NCBI GenBank assembly: GCA_049999805.1
Contig: JBNGIO010005395.1
Span: 1-64,000 of the forward strand
Length of the DNA stretch: 64,000 nt
Direction of reading: 5' to 3'
Origin: Folioceros fuciformis
Lineage: Eukaryota
The notes under the pieces were generated by a model that saw only the letters and a program-made list of their open reading frames with translations, had not been told where the DNA came from and did no database searches. Shown here piece by piece: positions 55,527-64,000 of the stretch. The position numbers were made by a program, and so were the translations under genes. Position 1 is the first letter of the stretch; the number at the start of each line of letters is the position of its first letter.

Positions 55527-58045
55527 CAGTCAGACCCCTCTAATTGGGAACAATTGGGAGTAGCAAACCCCTCTAATTGGGAACAATTGGGAGTAGCAAA
55601 AATCCTCCCATTTAGAGGGTTCCGTTTAGGCATGTTCATCTTTTTAAAAAAATAAAAATATTTAAAAAAATAAAAAATCTTTTAATTAAAATTTGAAAGA
55701 GCTTAAAAGTTTCCAAAAAATCTAAAATGTTTCCTCATACTACATGACAAGTTGCCAATGACTAGTAATACGTTTTTCCAACTAGAATGCAACTTCAAAG
55801 CATTATATGGCATCTCTTCCAAAAATATCTTCGCTATCCTCATAGCATTATCTACAACATCTTTTGTCATACACGGTCTTGGCGCTGACGCTGTATCATT
55901 CTCCTCACCCTCCTCATTGACAGGTGGAGGGATTAATGCTTGCCATATTTCGTCCCCTGTAGGAATATACGTAGTCTCCAATTCTTCATCCTCCTCAAAG
56001 TTTAGATACTCTTTAGCTGTCATCGTTGGATATCCAACATCAGCAATTCATGTCATATCCTCAAATGTTAATAATGCTAAGCTTCGCATGGACTATTGTA
56101 GCTCTTCTACCTGCGGTTTCAATGAATTAGAGTGATTTTGAGGATCCGACAATGGATCCTCTGGATCATATGGTGAGCTGTTTAGATCCAAATTCTCACA
56201 GAACCGAGCATCTTGTGCACGCAATTCCGCATCCAAAGTGCTATACCTCCAACCATTGCGTATGGTATGAGGACTCACAAATGAAGTCCAAGCTCTTACC
56301 AGCATAACCACTACTTGATATACATCGATAGTTGTAGCCGCATTGTCTATGATCTGGTTGTATTGGTACGAAATCATCAACTTACAATACTGAGCCTTGA
56401 AAGAACAGATGATCCCCTTGGTCCAAAAGTTGATATACGCTTGTCACATTGGGTGGAAAGAAAACCATCTTTGTAATTTACAATTGAGCTGCATTACCAA
56501 ACCGANNNNNNNNNNNNNNNNNNNNNNNNNNNNNNNNNNNNNNNNNNNNNNNNNNNNNNNNNNNNNNNNNNNNNNNNNNNNNNNNNNNNNNNNNNNNNNN
56601 NNNNNTATACGCTTGTCACATTGGGTGGAAAGAAAACCATCTTTGTAATTTACAATTGAGCTGCATTACCAAACCGATGCCCAAGACAATTATCCACTAT
56701 AAGTAACACTCTAGTTCGCCCTGATGCAACCATCCTCTGGTCAAGATCTAGCAAAAACTTCTCAAATAGCTCTATTATCATCCATGCCTTTTGCTTTACA
56801 TATCAGATAATATTCAAATTCTCGGGATTTTGAATATTCGTGACAGAGAAAGCACGAGGCCTAAGATATCTGTAAATCACAAGAGGTGGCAACTTGCAAG
56901 ATCCATCAACATTTGTTGTCAGTCCAATTGTCAACCGGTCCTTAAACTGCTCCCCTCCTGCAATACGCATTGTTGCAAGTGTCCTGTTCGACGGTGCTCT
57001 AAAGAAAAGACCAGTCTCATCTATGTTAAAAACATTTGCAGCTCCATAATCAAGAACTTGAAGTTACAGCTCTCTAAGAGCTGCCTTCACTGCTTCTATA
57101 TTGTCAACACTCCCTGCCTCTCCATATATGACAACTGATTTAAAATTATACCTTTCCTTCTAGTGAGCAACCCAACCTCTATGGTATGTTATTTTTGGTT
57201 TCTCATCTTTAGGAATCTTTTCGTGGAATTTGGAAGCCATCTCATGGAGCAAGTCATCTGAAATTGTGGCACCTTGAGCTTGGATTACAAGAGCCCAAAC
57301 GTGTACTACATGGTCAACCTGTGGGCATACGGCTGGTCTATCCCTCATTCCTGCCATATTAGTTATTGGACCAATGGCAAGGTCCAACCATTTGTCTTTG
57401 TTTTTCACAATCCTAGACAATGCACTTTTATAAGCTGCTATTGAAAACTTCTCTGTTGTCCATCTAGTCAACTCCCTAAGAGTGCAAGATTGTTGGACAT
57501 AATATTCGTAAACCTCTTTCCTTTGTTGCTTTGTTAGGGTAGCATGCTTGCGCAGTGGCTTGGGCAATATCGTTCCTACACGTTAAAGAGAATGGGTAAG
57601 AAACATATATAAACTATCTTACAACAAGACAACAACTTACAACACCATAAGAAAACTTGTACAATGAAGCAACTTATGTACTAGGAACAATACTACTAAT
57701 CACAAAGCATAGTGTACAGAACTACTACATATATAGGCTCAATGTCGATGACAATCTCGATGACTGTCTATGTTTTATGATATAATCTCAATAGCCTTTA
57801 ACTTGACATAATCTCAATAACTTATGATTTAATCTCGATAAAATAATTTCTTCAACTTCTTTTTTAAAATATGTATTTTCCCTTTTACAGAGGTGTACTT
57901 ACATTGAATGTTTGGGAGACATGTTCCCATTTACAAATTAGAGAGTTTCCCATTTAGCATGTAGCACATTGAAGGGAGTAAGCTCGGGCGTTCCATTTAA
58001 AGAGGGTTCTCATTTATAGGGGTCCCAATTAGAGGGGTCTGACTG
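55527..58045 (-). mobile_element. pogo/Tigger (Tc1-mariner superfamily) DNA transposon with a disrupted transposase
   Basis: 23-bp perfect TIRs cagtcagacccctctaattggga; TA target duplication on both sides; HTH/CENP-B-like ORF 57160-57567 and DDE_1 fragments (FNIDETGLF, AWMI, PLDQGII) with stops and frameshifts. Confidence 0.92.
56506..56605. other. Assembly gap (100 N) with duplicated flanks
   Basis: About 70 bp before the gap recurs immediately after it. Confidence 0.95.
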
Positions 58046-58979
58046 TAAAATGAACCTTGGAATGGAGTTATAACCTTACAGAAAGATGAAAGCTTGTGAA
58101 TTCTGTAATGGTGCTTGACTTTAATATGGCATAAGACCAACGTGTCTAAATTAACACACTTCTCATGTTTCTAAGGGCCATATGTTTTTGCCAGTATGTA
58201 GATTAATCAAACACAACTCAATGTTTAGATTTATGTAGGTAAATCATTATGGGTAGACAACTCAAAGTCTAGATTTGTGTAGGTAAGTCATTAAGAGGTT
58301 AAACAACGTTAGTCATCAAGCATGAATCTCTTTGTTGATGGCTATGTGGGCCGTGGGCCACATAGCCATCAATTAGCTTTGATTAAGGTAGCCTAAAGAA
58401 ACTTTTCATAAGCATTATGGTCAAGTATTGCCAAGCTCTTTATGGACTCAACATGCGGATATATTGTAGTGGAAATACGGTTTTGATCTTGAAAGAAATC
58501 TTCTTGAAGGTTTGGTCAAGATGTCTTTGTTGGCCTCTTACAAAGTGTTCTTGCATGGGGACCCAAAGCAAAACATAATAATATGTAGAAATGTAAAAGG
58601 AGTAATATTATTCACCATGAGAAATCCAAAGAAACTTAATAAATAGTTCATCAAATACATCAAGACAAATGATAGGACCCTTTTATTGTTAAAAAAGAGA
58701 TGGAAAGTCTCATCTACTCCAAAGATTGAGGGAACAATCTAAGTGGAGCCAAAGGCTAAAAAGGTACTAGACCCTTCAAATATCATTTTCAAAAACTACC
58801 TACGACTTCCAAAATGTCATAAACCCTTGACCTGCGCTTGTTGTTGTATTAAAAACCGCGTTGGCCAATGCTCTTTACAAAGCAATGGATACGTGTTGTC
58901 GGAAGAAGGCCACCACGGAGGAAAGACGGAGAACACCATTCCTAAGACTTTATAAACCTTAGCGCACTCCTTAATAAAC

Positions 58980-59112
58980 CTTGAAATGTCTTTGCCAATA
59001 GTCCTCCTTGAAATGTTCTTGCCAATAGTCTTCCTTGAAATGTCCTTGCCAATAGTCCTCCTTGAAATGTCTTTGCCAATAGTTCTGCTTGAAATGTCCT
59101 TGCCAATAGTCC
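58980..59112. repeat. 27-bp tandem repeat, about 5 copies (cttgaaatgtctttgccaatagtcctc)
   Basis: Directly visible; no unique spacers. Confidence 0.9.
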
Positions 59113-59489
59113 TATGAGTCTTAAGAGCAAACCCTAAACCCTTCATAGAAATGAGCCATGTCATGTTAGCAAGCTTATGTTCCATGTTGGTTCATAAAAT
59201 CCCCTTGCGAAGTGAAGATTAAGCAATACTTTGACATCTACATTTTACATACTCTTTTCTCCCCCTCGCCTCCTCTACCCATCCCCTAAGTAATTAATAC
59301 CAATCCCCGTCCTCTAGACCAAATAAAGGAAACTCATCCTTATATCTACAAGCGTATGGAATATAAAGAGAAGACAAGCATTGATACACCTACAGAAACT
59401 AGACAAGAATTGTAATTAATCGAACCCTAAAATCTTAAAGAGTACTACCTCACCAATTAGAATCTCTCACCTTAGTTCTTTCTACCCTC

Positions 59490-59660
59490 TTAGCACTCAA
59501 CTTGTGTCATATTCCTCATAGCACTCAACTTGTGTTAAATTTCTCTTAGCACTCAACTTGTGTCATGTTCCTCATAGCACTCAACTTGTGTTAAATTTCT
59601 CTTAGCACTCAACTTGTGTCATGTTCCTCTTAGTAGTCAACTTGTGTCATATACCTCTTA
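59490..59660. repeat. 28-29 bp tandem repeat, about 6 copies (tagcactcaacttgtgtcatattcctc), with alternating variants
   Basis: Directly visible. Confidence 0.9.
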
Positions 59661-59949
59661 CACTCAGATTAGGTCAGATTCTTTTAGCACTCATAATTAA
59701 GTATGATCGTGATGTGCATCAACTCAAAGTTTCCACAATATTTCTCTATGCCACACTAAAGGAGACAATTTTCCTAGAGTAATCTTGTATGAAGGTGCCA
59801 TGAGACCTTTCGTAGTATATGTAGATTGCTTGAGGGCATAGATGGCCTCAAGTAATCACCAACCGAATTTTACCAAATAATAGATGATCTTCTAAAAAAT
59901 GTCCTTATGAAGACCGAAGGTAACCGAAACCTATGCCTAATATGAGAGG

Positions 59950-60950
59950 AATAGCAATTTCTTGTGCTTGCTCTCTATATTGATGATTGTATCATGTTGA
60001 CAAATGATTCAACAAAACTGTTAGTGGACGTTAAGACAATGCTCTCTGCAAAGTTTTAGATGAGAGACTCATAAGACCCTTGCAATTTTTCTTCAGGGTA
60101 CAAATCCAACAGGACAAAAAAGTAGCTATATTGACCCCCTTGCAATTTAAGTACATCTTCAATATTTAGAACAAGTTCCAACTTTCATATGCATACCCTG
60201 TTCCAACCTTGCTTTCAACTAAAGTCAGACTCACCTTTGCTGATTGTCCTATGATCGAAGGAAACAAGAGGACATGACCATGGTGCCTTTCTTAAGCACT
60301 CTCAACAGTTTAATCTAACTTCATTGTTGAATGTGCTACAATATTTGTCATGCTACATTGATCATCGCACAATTCATATCTAACTATTGCAGACCATACT
60401 TGATGTTTGTGAACAAGATCTACAGATATCTAAAGGGCATTTGGTCCACTTGGTATTATTTACAAGAGTGGACCAGCTGACAGTGTGCTCAACTTAAAGG
60501 GTTGGATAGAGATGTAGTGGGCACTCAATAGCGATGCTTGTCCAAATGTTGTCTTGCTCATTGCAATGTATGTCTTCACCCTCCGTGGATCAACAATCTA
60601 ATGGTTATGTAAGAAGCTTGCCACTATTAATTTATCAAGAGTCGAAAGAGAGTTCGGGGCTCTCTCTAAGGCAAGTAAGATAGTTGTTCGCTGTAGGCAT
60701 ATCTTAGAAGGTCTTGGTCATGCCCAAGTGAGCATACATTGTAATAACACAACAACCATTGTACTTACAAAAGGTGATAGAATCTATACTAGAACCAAGC
60801 ACTTGGAAGTAGCCTGGCCATTTCATCACACACCTGGCTGTTAAAGGCATGGTTAAGCTAGTCTACGTCCTAATAGAATACCTTGTTGACCTACTTACAA
60901 AATTGTTAGCTAGGACTCGACATTAGACTCTCATAGCCTCCTTAGGTTTG
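59950..60950 (+). mobile_element. Decayed Ty1/Copia RT-RNase H relic
   Basis: Remnant motifs LYIDD (YVDD), FFFRVQI (FLGIEI), IYRYLKG, HCNNTTTI (CDNxSAI), RTKHLEV (RTKHID), DLLTK; many stops and frameshifts. Confidence 0.8.
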
Positions 60951-62115
60951 ATAACACAATATGTAGTCCTTCGAGCTCATAACATGGGCAAGATGGCTTG
61001 AACTGAGTGAGAGTAATAATCAATTGACTAGACTGGCTCACAACATGTCTTGGTTGAGCCTCATCACTATGTGGCGAATTTGTTGCTCTACTGACGTTAC
61101 CTCATGCATGTTTCCGTGTGAATAATAAATTGTCATGATAATGTATGCATACATTTTGTAGTACATAAGTACCATGGCTTGCAAGGCGCGTGGGTGGTTT
61201 GTTGCCGCCAAACCCGGCCCGTTCACCCCAAGAAGAAACAAAAGAAGAGGAAGACAACAAAGGGCTTGTCCGGATGGAGATCGAGGAGATTGGGTGGGCT
61301 GGACATCGGGATGCCCACAGCGTGACAGAGAATGACATCTGCATCCTAAGGAGAGAGAAGGAAGTGACACGCCGACTGTACACGTATATATGGACGTATA
61401 TCCAGATGGGTAATGCAAGAAGAAAAGGAAGGAAAGCAGATGGTTAGGCGACGCATTGGACACAACTACAACTACAACTACAGCCTGGAGGAGGAGTTGA
61501 CCGCGGCACCCGTGGAGGTGGGCGGTGGACGAGGCCGGGCCAGGAAATGTTTGGAAGCAAACAGTTGGGTAAACAAAATGTGTGGAAATCGTGGGGGTGT
61601 GGTATAAAAATTCCGGCTGCAGGAGTGGGGGGCTGTGGGGGTGCCGGTGCGTTGAGCACGTTGTTGTGTGGTACGAGGTGAAGAACTCGTATGGCGGAGC
61701 CTCCATTCCGGCGGACTCTGCGGTACGCCGCGCGCAGGTCCTGACGCACACAAGACACTGCACTCTCCCCCGTCCTGTGGGCCGGAAGTCGGGACGCGAC
61801 CGGGCAAAGGGAGAGGGAGGAGGAGAGGGGAGAGGGAGAGTCTGCAGGCCAGCCAGCCAACCAGCCAGCCAGCCTACCGTCCGTCTGGATCTGTTCTGTT
61901 CGGTGCGCGGGGGCTTGTCGTCGATCCTGCTCGGCTATGGCCGCGCCACTCTCGCACTGGCGGTCTGGCTCGCACTCGGGGGCGGCCTCGGGGTAGCGCA
62001 GCGCGGGAATTCGGTAGCTCCGCTGCAAGATCCGTAGAGCCTGCCATGCTGGGATTCCGACTCTCTTCTTGGAGCGGCAGGGGCAGCGGGCTCGGGCTCG
62101 GGCTCGGGCTGGGGC

Positions 62116-62215
62116 NNNNNNNNNNNNNNNNNNNNNNNNNNNNNNNNNNNNNNNNNNNNNNNNNNNNNNNNNNNNNNNNNNNNNNNNNNNNNNNNNNNNN
62201 NNNNNNNNNNNNNNN
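62116..62215. other. Assembly gap (100 N)
   Basis: N run in a GC-rich region. Confidence 0.97.
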
Positions 62216-62402
62216 CTTGAGGCGCGGGCCCGGGATTCCGGCCCGGTGCGGGACGGCGGCAGGGGAGCATGAGCGTGCGTAGCGTGGGAGGCGGATCTCG
62301 GCATTGGTGCCGCGGGGCAGGACTGGGGCAGGGGGTTAGGGTTGGATCGCAGATCTAAGGGCGCCTAGCGCGGCTCGGCTGGCCCCGGATCGCGCTACCA
62401 TC

Positions 62403-64000
<1,598 letters not shown>

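Noticed and set aside
56434-56676. Direct repeat flanking the N gap
   Set aside because: Most likely a contig-overlap assembly artefact.
58980-59660. 27-29 bp tandem repeats as a CRISPR array
   Set aside because: Repeats are contiguous with no unique spacers, there are no cas genes, and the context is eukaryotic transposon debris.

Overview
Gene-dense eukaryotic nuclear DNA from a seed-free land plant, most likely a hornwort. This is inferred from mostly 70-120 nt introns, a ciliary kinesin-2, a HIP-type aquaporin and a DYW:KP/DRH PPR protein. Gene order: three START/Bet v1 (polyketide-cyclase-like) paralogs in an old tandem duplication that also left DEAH-helicase and START pseudogene fragments; a PRP2/DHX16-type helicase head-to-head with TAD2/ADAT2; a hybrid intrinsic protein aquaporin; a second duplicated fragment (DEAH 5' end plus TAD2 pseudogene); cytosolic aldolase; an ankyrin-RCC1 gene; an AT-rich orphan spliced gene; kinesin-2 with a 426-codon ORF nested in a probable GC-AG intron; ABCB transporter; LpxA; a PLS-E-DYW:KP PPR gene; a pogo/Tigger transposon; a Copia relic; and the 5' part of a UDP-glucose 4-epimerase. 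The best candidate for an undescribed system is non-coding: four tandem ~230-nt minus-strand units at 42.6-43.7 kb. Their 3' hairpin carries U17/snR30-like m1/m2 motifs and an ACA box, suggesting a plant U17/snR30-type rRNA-processing snoRNA array. All exon boundaries, alignments and RNA folds were worked out by eye.
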